Of a stretch of 64,000 nucleotides of DNA, positions 13,123 to 27,129 are shown piece after piece (the stretch's first letter is position 1; every line of letters begins with the position of its first letter). The notes beneath the pieces were generated by a model. That model was not told the origin of the DNA and made no database searches. It saw only the letters and a program-made list of their open reading frames with translations. Made by a program: the position numbers and the translations under genes. The stretch is from Octopus sinensis (Eukaryota): assembly GCF_006345805.1 (NCBI RefSeq), contig NW_021829832.1:62001-126000 (forward strand), written 5' to 3'.

Positions 13123-16100
13123 TTAGCTTTTTTGTGGAGACTTGGTTTTATGTGGGGATTTGTTTTTCTGCGGCGACTTTTTTGATACTCTTCTATTCGG
13201 AGGGATCGTTTCGGGCTTTTCCTCGGCCTCCCTGCTTTGTTCGAGTTTCATCTCTTTCAGCAAACAAATTTTCCGTCCAATCTCAGTACGTGCCTTGTCC
13301 AACTCCTTCTGCATGGCCCGAAATCCGTTTAACTGGAGAATTTTCTCGTTTTCTCGTGCCAAAATCTCTTCCTCTCTGCAGTCCTTCACAGTCTGGTGCC
13401 AGTCATTGAAAGCCCGCAAATTGTTTTCCTTTTCCTCGATTAAGCACTCAATGACCTCATCATTCAAAACAATTGGATCATCGTCCGTCTCTCTGCACGT
13501 GAACATTCAAAATAACTGTTTTAAATGGGAAAGGTCAACTTCCACGAGGACTTGTTTGGCTTGCTTTATACAGTTTTGCAAAACTTGGTCAACTCTGTCG
13601 TCAGTCTCTGAATTGGTGTCGATATTCTGCGACTTGTAATACTCGAGACGAGAATTCATCGACTAGTTTGTATAAAGTGGCAATACTTTGGCATACCGCC
13701 CAGGCTCGGCATCCTCCCACGCCTTTTTGACCGCCTTTAGTCTTTCGTTGTTGTTGATGCTTTTGACGACTTCAATGTCATCCTGGCAGGTTAAATGACC
13801 AGCCATACGTATCGACTCGAACAACTGACGATTTTCAGAATCCAATGGGGTTTCGAATTGTCAAAATACTCCACTGGGGATTCACTTTTTTGCTTTTCCT
13901 TCTTTTTGAGTAGTTTTTTGTCAACGTTGACAGGAATGGTTTCTCTTTGTGTGTGTACTGGACATAAATGTCAACTGAATGTCAACTGTTTAGTTCGTTG
14001 GCGTCAAGAACGCGGAGAGTTTCGACGAATTCTTGTTCGGTCGGCGACATTGGCCAGTCGTAGCTGAGGGAACTTACAGTGAGGGACATTTTCCCTCTGA
14101 ATTCGACCACAGGAAATATAGCAGAGCCTATCCCACGTGCTGATTGAACCAAGTTATCCGAGTCGAATAATTCCATGAGAATGGGAATCTCCGGATGAGA
14201 CGTCTCCACACGCACAGTGGCCGCGTGATTCTCAAAGGCGTGCACGTGGTAACTGCAATTTGTAGTTCAACAAACTTGGCAAAAATAGCAGTTTCCAGGG
14301 GGACGTAGTAGTCCATTATTTCTCGGACATAAAAGTTGTGGGTGACTTCGTTTTTCTCAGGAGTGGGGAGGGCGCTGTGTTCTCCCACTAGACGCAGTTT
14401 CCACTTCCCTCCGGGTAGCGGGGTGCCTTTTGTCACTCCCTCCGCAAAAAAAGTATACCCGTTCTAAGCCATATAAGAAGCGGAGACTTGATTTGGTTTG
14501 TAGACCGCGGGAGCTACTCGGTCAAATACACGGGAGAATTCTTGTCCTGAATCGTTGTCAATTACTCTGAGACGACAACTGGAGAAACTCGCAAACACTT
14601 TTGGAGCCAAGAGAATTTCCTTGGTCGCGTGGAAAACTCCCCGGAAGAGAAGAAACCACGTATTTGCTGGCTGGTCGGCGTATGCGCCAACGTAGTCGCA
14701 GAACACCACGTGATTCCACTCGCCGGCGTTGAACGGGAAAAATCGACTGAGAGACGGGAACTGGGACAAAAGTGACCTGGAATAATTAAAAGTGAAAACC
14801 GAAAAATATTGAGAGAAAAACGTTCAATGTTCGACTCCAACTGGGCCCCGAGGTCAGACAATTTTTTAGCATATTCTTCAAATTTAATATTATTTGTATT
14901 GACGCGCCCTTGCAGTACTTTCCTTATGAAGTGGCAGCGGAAGAATGATTGCAGTTTGACGATCGCTACTAATTCGTCCGGAGTCCAACTGAAGTAAATG
15001 ACAACAAATACATTTGCTGGGACTGATGGGACATTCCTATCATTTCATAAACAAATATTAAATACTTTTTGAGTGCCTTTCGGTCCCCTTTTCAGTTTTG
15101 GTGCCTTTCAATGACTTAATAAGACCTACTTTTTTTAGGATGTTTGGTTTTTATTTCCGACGAATCTGAAAATGTTTTCTACTCAAATGTACTTGAATTA
15201 GCAGAGCCTTTGGAGGTCTTCCGATAGTGCAGTGTAGTAAAGTCCAAAATAAGTGAGCGAAGATGAGGCTTGAAGTTGTCCATGTTGTTTTCCCCTATTG
15301 TGGCCGCGATTTCATTGAGGAGAATCTTGTTGAACGCCTTAAATTAAAAAACATATTTATACTTCAAAATAACCTTCCAGGGACGCCTGTTTCAACGTGA
15401 CATAAGGACAGTGCAATTTGTGAAAGGCTCGCCACTGTTCTTGCAGTCCAGCCTGGTCATTCCACATATTCAGACAATTGATGAACTGCCGTCCAAAATT
15501 AATGGCGTTCTCCACATAGCAGGCCGAGTCCTGTGGAATGTGCAAGACAGAGTACCTTGCCAAGACGTCCCATTAACCCATCTTCGTCAAGGACGTGGAA
15601 GGCCGTGTTCGACAATAATTGTGCGTGATATCCCCAGGTGGATGTTGCCATGCAGCGTAGTACATGTCGACTATTTTAGTTTAGTTGATTGGACCCTTTC
15701 GGCAAAATCAACATCTCCGATCGGGAGCCAGTTGTTTTAAGTGCGAGCAAAGGGCAGGAACCAAATTCTACTTGTCTCCAGGTGTGTTGTTCTACAATAA
15801 ACTGAACGTGGGAGTCCAGGCGTTTTGATTCCATCGTCGTTTGATTCCAAATTTCCGAATCTTGCTCACTCACTGGCGTCGGTGTCTGAAGAAGTGATCC
15901 GTCATTAAACGAGAGGGCAGTAATGGAGATCAGCAACTCGATCTGGTCGGCCGAGTCCGTCAAAATGAACATTGGCAACTTCTCGTCTGGTTGGAGTGTC
16001 TTTTTTTCTGAACTGAGTAGAAAAACCTGTGTTTGACTTGATTTCTTATCTTTGTTAGTGATCTGTGCTAACCGAATATATGTATGCTTGTGATTGTAGA

Positions 16101-18242
16101 GGTAAGCCGGAGGTCGGTGGTATATGCACAAATATCTGTTAATGCTTCCATTGGACATTACCGAAAACACGTGAAAAAATCGGAGAAATCAACCCACAGT
16201 GTATTCAATAGAGTTTTAGACCAGTCTTTGTTGATGTCCTCGTCCTCCCTTTGCCTGGTTTTCTTTTCTATCAGTCTATTGTCGATTTTAAACCCGATTG
16301 TTTTAGTTCGTCGTTAGACGGTCTCTTTCCACGTTCTTTGCTTTCTTTTTGATATGAATCAGATGAATTTATCCTGGTTGTCTTTGACACTTTCAGAGAC
16401 ACCTATTTTGTAACAGACAAGGTGACAACTTTCGAACTTCGAGGATTCGGCGTGTCTGCTTGGAGTTTCGTCGTCTAAACTAAAACTGAATTACAAACAC
16501 TGTCCAATCGTAGTTTATTATCTTCGTTAATGTCGTCTTCAGTACTCAACTCACTTTGTTGTTTCAAATCTTTTTTCCTATAAACAAAGCAGTTAGCAGG
16601 TCAGCCCAGACATTGCTGAATGTATTCGAAAGTTTGTGTAGGGAGTTGAAATCTGGAGGCATTTGTATTCCTCGGGTGGAATCACTACAAATATTGATTG
16701 CCCACACCAATATTTGTCTTCTTGCGTGGCCGGATCAGTTTCCAGGGCGGGTCTTCGGGTTCAACTGGCGGAGGAATTAAAGAAATGTCCCTGGTTTGCT
16801 GGAGGAGAACTGGGTGGGGATTCGACTGACTGAACCCAATTTCCCTCATTTTTATACTCACATCAGCCTGGAAATTTAGTATACTGGACACACCATTTGC
16901 TGCAAATCTGTCATGTTGAATGGGTAGTTGGGATGCTTATACTGAGCAGTGACTATGACTGCAGGGAGCTCTGCAAAAACATCTTCCTCGATGGGAGATT
17001 CCCTCTCTGGCTCAATTAATCACAATGACAATAACTTGTTGACACTTTTTCTCGTTTTTTGTCGTCCTTTTCTAAATTTTAGATAATCTATCTGTTTTTC
17101 GCAACTTTTATTTTTCACGGCCGATTCCTTCATGTCTGAATTGATTTCCTATAGTCTTTCAGCAATTGACAAACCGGTTGATTCGAGCATATTTCCAGAG
17201 CGTCCTCCCTGTGCTCGTCACTTTCCCACTTGTAGGTTTTTAGAAATCGTTTCAAAAGTTCCCAAACAGTGTTGTACTCCGTGTGCCACATTGGAATCGC
17301 CTCAGGCAACCACCCTGTGAGGCATTGAATTACGGAAAAGTCGCCAATCTTGCCGTCCTTCATACTGGATGTATAATATTGAGAACATACTCGAGCATCG
17401 CCACTTTCAGCAGTGCCTTGGTCAGGAGGAGAGACCACAGTTCGTTGGGAATGGAGGAAGACACAAAGAGGGGCAAATTATGTTCATTTAAAGGAATGAA
17501 ATCGTCAATAGTGACCTTTCTCCAACACCCCATCCAGTATAGTTTGACACAGTATTTTCCATATTGGTTGTACGGGCTTATGTTGGGTCCTTTGCTGACT
17601 TTGTTCAATGCAAAAATGTGTTCCCACGGACGCCACGCGCGGAAGGATCCGTCGGGCATGACATAGCACTGCAAGGCGGGATCTATCACCCCGGGATTTC
17701 GGACGTGGTTCATTGTCCAGAGGAAAGTGATTTCACATATTATATACCGGATTAGCTGGGTAGGGAAAGGCCGGGTACCTCAAACTGGTAGATGTGGTCA
17801 TTGCACGCAGTCAGATCGAAATCCCAGAAAGAAGAAGGGTCAACGACAACCGGAACTTTTTCAATAAATTCGGCTGGTTTGTTCCAGGAGATGATGGCCT
17901 GCTTCATTGGTTCCGGAACGATTGTTTTTTCGGGATCTTCAAAATATAGGCATGACTAAAAGCACATTAAAATCTATTTACAAACTGGACGGGATTTGTC
18001 CTTCTCCTTTGGTTTTCCTTGAGAGTCCTTGATAGTTAATCGCACTAAAAACCCATTTTTCGTTGTTTATATCATTGTCATTCCATTCTGGCCAAATGTT
18101 GACCCGCAGTTGTTTTGAACCGAGTGACATGCGCCTGTTTGAGACGTCTGTCCTTTGCTGATTATATTGTATTTAAATACTTTAAAGGGGGTTTACTGCT
18201 GGTAGTTGATTGAATTCTGTTCACTTTTTTGGTGGATTTCAT
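13123..18242 (-). CDS. ADGB: Androglobin (calpain-like domain, circularly permuted globin, C-terminal domain)
   Basis: IWPEWNDNDINNEKW, YGKYCVKLYWMGCWRKVTIDD, ELWSLLLTKALLK, QCLTGWLPE, globin segment FHKLHCP, RVIDNDSGQEFSRVFDRVAP, GGKWKLRLVG. Confidence 0.92.
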
Positions 18243-18248
18243 CGTCTC

Positions 18249-18262
18249 GTTGCTATGAATAC
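18249..18262 (-). promoter_or_regulatory. RFX X-box upstream of ADGB
   Basis: GTATTC-AT-AGCAAC on the minus strand fits RTHNYY-WT-RRNRAC and lies 6 nt before the ATG. Confidence 0.7.
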
Positions 18263-18832
18263 TTGAAATATTGAAATCTTAATTAATAATGTTAATTAAA
18301 TATTTCTTATTTTATTTTCATTATTCAGAGTCTTTACAACCAGTCTACTTAGTAAATTCATTTTGCAAAGAATTCATTGCAGTTCAGATTTATCACAATG
18401 TCGTTCTTATCCCTGACATTTTCTTCATGTAACTCCACATTTTAAATGCATAAGCGTCAAGACTATTTGATGACCAGATCAAATAAAAACTCCTATATTT
18501 GTTTTAATCACATTATGTTCCATCCGAAGAATATTCTCTCCGAAATGTGTAATCGAAATGGTTTGATTGTGAAAATGGCTTATTTTATTTAGGCTCACAT
18601 TTCCTTGACATCTTTTCTCGAGTTTATTATTTGTTAATTGCTCCTGAATAAAGGTTTCATCTAAGAAAATGCTTTGATAATATTAACCTCTAAAAGAAAT
18701 TCATTTTATTTTTCCTTTGTTGCAATCCATCTCATTTTTTCTATTTTTAATGGTTATTTAATTAATGTCAATGTCAAGACATGTTATTGATGTATTTCCA
18801 TTATATATATTTGAGAAACCAATTTTTACTTG

Positions 18833-20309
18833 ATGGGGAAAAGCTTTAAGGCAGTTATATTAACAATTTTCATGCTCATCCAACTAAAATGTGACGAATA
18901 TTCCGTAAAATTATACGAAAAACTTTTATCCGACGACAAATACAGTCGCTATAGTCGCCCACTGGGTATCAATTCGACGAAACTTACCGTGAGACTGAGT
19001 TTAGGTTTAGTTCAAATTCTAGAAATTGTAATGGTGATAATTATATTCGCTTAGAACGAGAAAAATCAAGTAATCACGACGAATGTTTGGCTGCTGCAGG
19101 CTTGAACTTATCTAACATTTAAGAAATGGGTAGACGAACGGCTAAAATGGAACGTCTCGGAGTTTGGGGGAATTGAGCACATTTATGTCCCGACCAACCT
19201 CATTTGGCTGCCCGACATTGTACTATACAACAAGTGGTGTCGTTAACCCGATTATTAGTGCTGAGGGGAATTACGAAATAACCACGGCCACCAAAGCGAT
19301 TGTGTTTCATGACGGGTTGGTGGTATGGGAACCTCCGGCGATATATAAAAGCTCATGCCCGATAAATGTACAGCATTTCCCCCTGGACCATCAGGAATGC
19401 TTCTTGAAGTTTGGATCGTGGACTTATAATGGAGATGAGGTGGATCTGCAACACATTTCCGCCGAGAACAATGAGATGATCGTAAATGGGATAAATTTAA
19501 ACAAATTTTATCAGAATATTCAATGGGAAGTGTTGTCAGTGCCCGCGAAACGATACGAAAATTATTTTTCTTGCTGCCCTGAGCCATACCCTTGGATTCT
19601 GTTCAAGCTAAACTTGCGAAGGAAAACAATGTTCTACACCATAAATATGATCATTCCCTGTGTTTCCATTTCCTTCCTCACTGCACTTGTATTCTATCTC
19701 CCGTCAGACAGCGGAGAGAAAATAACACTCAGTGTTTCCATACTGCTGAGTTTGACCGTGTTCATATTGCAATTCACCGAAATAATCCCGCCCACCTCAA
19801 TTGTAGTCCCACTGATCGGGAAATACGTCCTTTTCACCATGTTTTTAGTGACCCTTTCCGTCGTTATGACAATTGCTGTCCTGAACCTTAATTTTCGATC
19901 ACCGAGCACACACAACATTTCTTTATGGGCTCGGAAATTTTTTTTGGAGTTTTTGCCACCCTACTTGTTCATGAATAAACCCCACTTTGATAGTTGTCAC
20001 AAGTCACCTGTACAAAATGACAGACTGTCTAAAATTATTTCCCAAGAGAGGAAGAACGACGGAAATGATTCAGGTCTCCATCGAGGTTCACGATACGTCA
20101 ACTCGATAGCCAATTGGTTCCGTGACCGAGACGCGCATGCACAAGTTGGGTGATGATGAACAGTATTTTAGAATAACGAAGAATGGAAATTCATTGCAAT
20201 GGTGATAGATAGAATTCTTCTCTGGATTTTCACAATTTCGTGCATTATTGGAACTATAACAATACTTACATCCAGCTCAAAAACGCACCAATGGGAATCA
20301 TTCGATTAG
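18833..20309 (+). CDS. Nicotinic acetylcholine receptor alpha subunit
   Basis: Signal peptide, [10 protein letters not shown], Cys-loop [15 protein letters not shown], vicinal cysteines [10 protein letters not shown]1-M3 ([18 protein letters not shown]) and M4 [16 protein letters not shown]. Confidence 0.96.
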
Positions 20310-20441
20310 GCCTATTAATACACAAATTAACTCTTATAATTATTTAGCTATTCCTCTAATACCATATCTTTATTAAATTCCTCGCCGAGGACGACAAGGT
20401 TGGAAAACAAAACATTTAATAGCAGAATCAAACAAAACAAA

Positions 20442-23400
20442 TTATAGGAACTTTAATGGCAGACCGTACAAAACTGGTGCGGCCCCCACCAGAAAAGGCA
20501 TTTTACAACGTTTTCGTCCCGCGGAAACGGCGTCGGAGAGGTACTCGACTCTGTGTTTAAAGCCGACCTGAAGAAATCCTTCAAGAAATCGGTCAATGTC
20601 CTTATCAGTGACATCCCACAAATTGGATATTACCACTGGACTAAAAATGAGATATAAATACGACCATCCGGAAATGAGATAGTCAAAGATAGGTCCATAC
20701 GACTCGTAGACGCTGTCATTGTTGGCATTAATGTCCCTGACATTAGAATGCCCTCCTCGCTTCTCGGAACCATTTTGCAACAGTCCCGAGCTGCAGCCCA
20801 ACAGAAGTACGGCAGATCGACAGTCTGTCTTGCGCACTTTCCATCCGGGGATATATCGACTGCCACTTCCATGCCCGCAATATATTAACAAGTCCATGCA
20901 GGACAGGTTTTCAGCTATTTGGTGAGGTGTGGGTGGCTTGTCACACTCCCCTTTCCAATTAGGATAACTACCATTCTAATACAACCACAACCTTTGAAAT
21001 CTTTCCTTCCAAAATTTACTAGTATCCACCAGATCGCTGGACGGGTTGAGAATGTAATACACTTTGGACAAATCAAGTCCCGAATTATAGATCGAGTTGG
21101 TCGATGAACGGTGGAGGCGAAGAGTATACAAGAGTGATCGATACGAGGGCATTCTGTACACCGAACGACCTCGGAGGGAGGGCATAGATTCCCATGGCAG
21201 TTGATGCAAATCCTGTTCATACAAAACAATATCCAACCCCGTCCAAAATTAGGATCAAATGCCGCTTTTTAATCCAGTCGCCAACATGGACGCCAGCTAA
21301 AACTGTATTCTCGAGGTTATAGACAATTTTCTAGCACATGACTATCACAAATAAACCGCCACAGATTTATCCAATTGGTATCTCTTTGTCCACCACTTTG
21401 TTTGGTCAGTTACTGTGGTGGTTGCATCAGAGTCCTTCAATACAAGTTTCATGTAAGTTAGTGCGTCGTCCACCTATGGGTTGAGCATGTCGACAAACGT
21501 GAGTGCTCTTCAGGAGATTGAACTTTGGAGGAGAATCTGCCCGCAATACACTCACAAACAGATAGCCCGCTCTTGCATTCGAAGATACAACTGAGGGAAA
21601 TGCAGGGAATCGTGCAATCTGGACAACAGTCCAATCTAGGACATAACTGAATGATCATCACTCGATGGAAGTTCTTTCAATGTCTCGTCGAATTTGTCGT
21701 AGTCGATGCGGTCTTGTAGAATTCCAATGCAGGTGTCGGAAGACTTTTTTCTTAGAAGAGAATGTATATGCAGATGAGTGAGAGTACAGCCAGTCCCCAT
21801 TGCCAAATAATACGCGGCCAATTTTTCATTTCCGGACAAAATGTGCATTAGTGTCAAAAAACGGGTCATGTCTTTAAATACTGGCTGTGGCTTAATTGAT
21901 TGACAATCCTGCAGCAATTGGCACAACTGAGAAATCTCTGTGCAATGAAAAAAAGAGTTTACCTTTGCTACAATCTTTCGCCTCATCAGAGTGCAGATGA
22001 TCGTTCAAATTGAATTCATGTCGATTATCAATGAGGGGAACCAAGTTGTTATCAATCTCGACCAGCCCAGGCACTGTGAATTACAATAAGACTCATACGG
22101 GAGTATACACTTGGTTTAAGGACATTTTTCTTAAGGGGGGCCATGCATGTGCCTCGCTGGACGGGAGGAGAGGGGGGAGGTGACGGGGCAGTCTTTATAA
22201 GCATGAATGCATCTTGGCATGGAAAATGTTGAGAGAATTCGGCCAAATAGAGAGCGAATAGCAACTCGAGGTGATTCTCCAATGAAATACAACTGTGAGT
22301 TAGGAGGGACGTCCTCGTCTGAGACAGATATGACAGCACTCTCTTTGCATTGGCTGGAGAGTGCACTAAATAGAACTTGAGTCTCTCAAATCCAAGCTGA
22401 AGCTTATGTCGGCGAATAACATTTTTGGTATACGAATGATTGGATCTTTCAATATTTTCTGTGGTCTCCAACAGAGAATATTTCGAGTAGAATTTTGCTA
22501 GCTTGTCTTTGATCACTTTTACGGAGTGGAGATTTTTCAAAGCATTGAAGCGGTCATTCGCAGTAGCAAACAACAGACGGTTGCGCTGTCCTGGAGACAA
22601 ACGGTAACTTTCTTGGTCCCTCAATTCCAGAAATTCGAGTACAAGGTGAAGCAACGGCAAATCGGCACAGACAGCACATTTACAGTTATTTTCGTGAGAT
22701 ATTCAAGGACTTTAATGTCGTCGTTGACTACGGCCATTTTGGCATCGAAAGGAGTTTGTGAGTGGACAATCGAACTGAATGTATCATCGCATAATGAAAA
22801 GTTCATGTCGAGTATGGAATCCTGCAATATTTCATCCTCATCTGTGGACACATTCATGGGCTGAGCTGCCAACTAAATGAACACAACCGACCAGAAAGGC
22901 ACAATAGTCTCAAATAGTCGTTATTGGGTTTATCCTCACAAGTCAGCAGAATGAAATAATAAGAAATGTGTACACCCGACTGAATATAGTCTCCTGCTTT
23001 GATCTCGAGTGAGGAAAGGCGGCCGAGGAATGTAATAGTCCTAATATGAGTAAGATGGCCTACCGTCTCGTAATCTGCAATTGACTGGCCAGACGAAGTC
23101 CCTCGCGATAAAATAATCTCGAATTGGATGGCGACCCAACCAACAATAAAGCATCCCCCATCATCATAATTTCGTCCAACAACAGATCAATGACAGTGTA
23201 CTTGTCCAGATGAGTGCATCCTTAACATGATTACACTTGTCAAACCGGTCACATTCTCTACCCCACTTATTTCCAGGATTTGTTCGACCATTTTCCTGAT
23301 GAGAGAAAGGGATTTGCCTGAATGTAAGCAAACATAAGCCAAACTGGCTGCATCAAGGAAATAAGACCCGTCACACTCGCCATTCGTGCCTCTCTTCATG

Positions 23401-26082
23401 TCGACAAATGCAGATATATAGGACAGTCGAATAGAAATAGTGACATTCTCGATTAGGGAGGGAGATCGGTATTCCTTGTCCTTCAGTGAATTGCATAGAG
23501 CGTGGGCATCCTCAATCTGCGTCTCACTCACACATGCAACCATATTTCGAGAAAGGAAATACTCTGCACGGACTAGGCCACATCTGACCAAACAAAGGCT
23601 GTTTAGGGATTTCATGTTGTCTACAATACTTGCACATATCTACCGAGAGAACTAAGGACCATCCTTGCATCGTCGTACAACTCACATCGCAGCAATACTC
23701 GAACCAGTGAGCAGATTGCATCCACCGTATCTTCAATGTCAGTACTGATTCTAAGCAGGAGCAGCAACGATGAGATTTCCCGATCATACTAGAAATGGTA
23801 CTATTAGACAACCATTTGATAATATCGGTAGATGGAGACTATGAGCAAGATGTTCGTGCGCGTGTCTTGATCACAATTCGTTTCGTTTTCCAAGACGGTG
23901 GAATATAATTCATAGGCCTTGTCCAGGTCTTCTAAATACTCTCGTTCGTATTTTATGTTGACGCGGCAGGAGTTGACCTGAATTCGGCCTTCCACCTCTT
24001 CCTCCCCTGCCTTTCCTTCTTTTTTGGGAGTCCCGTTGAGAAGTATGTTCGTCTCCTGTTTGTATGACAACCACAACTAACATGTTGAACGAGGACCGTA
24101 TAACACTCTTTGTAGATGAACAGACGCAAATGTGCATTCGCCAACTCAGTAGTTAGGCACCTCACTGAAGACTTGATTTTCGTAGACTCTTTTAAAATAC
24201 ACAGCGCCTCATTTTGATAGGTGAATGCCAGTTTGAGCAGCCTAGGATTAAACATAGGTAGTCGAACGAATCTTGCTTGTTGCTACAACGCCAGTAGTAG
24301 TTGGCGAGTTGTGTCTTGAGGACATACATGTCATACTCACTGACACTCCCCATTCTAATTTTCTGCAAAACGAGGTCAGCCAGTGGATGGGTGGAAGGAA
24401 TGCTGCAAATTAGTATAACCACAATTACATGTCCTCCCTGTTCAATGCAACAAGGCGGGAAACCACCCCATTCCAACAGTCAGTCAACAGAGGGAATAAA
24501 TGGGGATTGTTGTTGTACAATTCAACGAGACACGCGAAGACTGCAGAAGGATTGTCATTAAACTCGGAATCGAGAACAATGTATTTCCGAAACAGATTGT
24601 GGTAGAGCGTCTATAATATAGAAATGGACGGACAGTGTTGGAGTGTGCAAGAATAGTATCCACTCCGAGTGCATTTACAATCACGGACAAATGGGCGTGG
24701 GATACTGCCTTGAGTGACTCGTTCTGATATCTCAACATAACGCACGACCACGTCGACTGCGATTATTACCCAGCGCATACCAATTTGTTCTACAAGATCA
24801 GTAGAGTCATCACGCAATAAACAAATGACATCCCCGAGAATGTTGTTTATACATAAACTCGGAGGTTCTGCAGAGTTGATGCACAGAATATACTCAGGTT
24901 GGAGTAGGGGGAACCATAAAGCACTGAAAACAACTTCTTAACGCCATCCACAATACACTTGGGGACATAACCCACGAGTGAACAAAGACTCTTCGGGAAA
25001 GAGCGATGAATGTGTGTCAGGGAATGGATGTAGACTGTAAAACACGCGTAAAGGAAATCGGAGACAGTTTCGAAAACAGCGGGTGATTGGTCGGTGAGTT
25101 GTTTAAGAATGGAGTCGGATGCATAGATTATGCAATATAACACATCTGACAGTGGCTTCAGATTTATGTAATTTTCTTCACACCCAAACAATTCGAATGC
25201 CCCATTTAAAATCTCCTTGTAGCGTGCAAAATTGTGGATAACAGGCGACCTATCGATTATTACCTCCACGTACAGCATATCCGAGGACTCTAATATGGCC
25301 AGTGCAAAGTCACCGACGGCCACCAATGTGTCGATCTTGAGTCGAGAGGCCTCTTTTATTTCCAGAGAATCAGTGAGAGAAATGAAATTTTGGACAAAGG
25401 CGGCGCAGGAAAATTTAAGAGAGATGAGTGTCCGCACACTCAACCCGTACACAAACAAAGCAGTGCAGACAGGAATGTCATCTGCCACTGCGACCTGAGT
25501 TGAGAAATTGCCACAAGAAAGTGCCTGGGCAATAAATTTGTTCAAGTTTTCCACAATGAGAGGAGCGAATTGCCCAGCCCCACGAAGCTTGTCTCCCATA
25601 TTTTTGAACAGGTGACAAGCTTTTTCGGCGGTGAAGCCGTAGAACAGAAAGGACTTGTCGGGAGTTATGTCGGCAATCTCCAAATATTTGGTCCGTAGGT
25701 TGAATGATTCCAGGAGAATGTCGACGTGTTCATTCAGTGGCAAATTCTTGTCCGCCAGTTTGTCCAATGCTATTGCCTTGTTCCATATTTTATTGGCGCC
25801 GGCGTTCAAAATCTGCATGTCAACATTTTCCAAGTTTTTAACACAGCTTGCAAACATGGAGGATGCCAACAAGAAATCACACCTCTACAAATGGAGTGAT
25901 TAACTGACCTCTTGGAGTAATACGTGCTTGAGGGATAGGTACATCAGCTTTGATGATTCGACGGATCTAAACAGGCTTCTGTTCTCTAAGCTCCATTTTA
26001 ACAATTCCTCGAGAGTTTGATTTATTTCTTCCTTCTTAGTGGACTTGGTCAGTTGTTGGCAAAGATTTTTATAGATATCCAT
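20442..26082 (-). CDS. ESPL1: Separase (peptidase C50)
   Basis: C-terminal PWESMPSLRG..VYRMPS, YYILNPSSDL, catalytic YCGHGSG and LLGCSSG, NLWDVTDKDIDRF, GAAPVLYGLP, preceded by a long helical N-terminal region. Confidence 0.93.
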
Positions 26083-26239
26083 GCCACCACAAAAACAATA
26101 AATTAGTTCGCAGAAATTATGTAATATATTAAGTTAACTGGTAAACCAAAAATAATTAATAAAGTATATGAAAAATAAACAATATTAATATTTTATATTC
26201 CTTCTCATAAATTTTATACCTACATTTATTGGGAATTCA

Positions 26240-27100
26240 AAACTTCTTATAAACAAAGTTACAGTAATGGAAGTTTTCTCTGTGGAAAATGGCTCATCTA
26301 CGCACAATCCTCAAACCGGGAAAACCAAACAATTCGAGCTCCTACAGACCAGTTTCCCTACTCTGCTCCATGTCGAAACTGCTGGAAAAACTTTTCCCTG
26401 GAATATCAAGGGCTATCTCCCTGACAAGCTCTTCCAACACGGATTTAAAGAAGGAAGTTCTACTCTGACACATTTATCCTTTTTGACCAGCTTTATTCAC
26501 AAGGATTCTCACAAATGCCCGGTCACCAAAAGACCTTTTTTTGTACTATTGACCTAAAAAAGGCCTTCGATTCAGTGTCGATAAAAATCTTTATCCAGAA
26601 GATAATTATATCACAAATCCCAGCCAATCTCAAACTGTGGATATCAAACTTTTTCAATAGTCGTAGAAGCCGTGTTTGCATTGGACAATCGAGTTCAAGA
26701 TCAAACTCCTCCCAAACGGAGTTCCGCAAGATTTCCTCACCAACTTGCCCAGAAAAGTCAGCGACCTCCCTCTTCACCTCAGACAAAAGACTCGGAAAGA
26801 AGTCAGTAGTTCTTACCCCGGACAACAACGAAATTCCGTTTTGCCTAACTCAGAAGATCCTAGGAGTTACGTCCGATGCGCAAATGTGCTTCTCTCCACA
26901 CATGGACAACGTCTTGACAAAACGCGAAAGAAAGACCAACGTATTGAAGTGTCTCTCTGGAAGTTTGGAAAGCACCCTGTACTTGGATGCCTATACAACT
27001 AGTACATCGTGTCTTGTTTTTCGAATGCATGCAAGGTATGGGGAAACTCCATTTCCTGGTCCAGTAAACGGAACATTGAGGCGAGCCTGAAAAGAACTCT
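26240..27100 (+). mobile_element. Decayed I/Ingi-like LINE RT fragment
   Basis: WKMAHLRTILKPGKP..SYRPVSLL, QHGFKEGSST, IDLKKAFDSV, NGVPQ, then ILGVTSDAQMCFSPH. The YADD region is deleted. Confidence 0.85.
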
Positions 27101-27129
27101 AGCACTCACGTTGGACAAAAGGTAGAATT

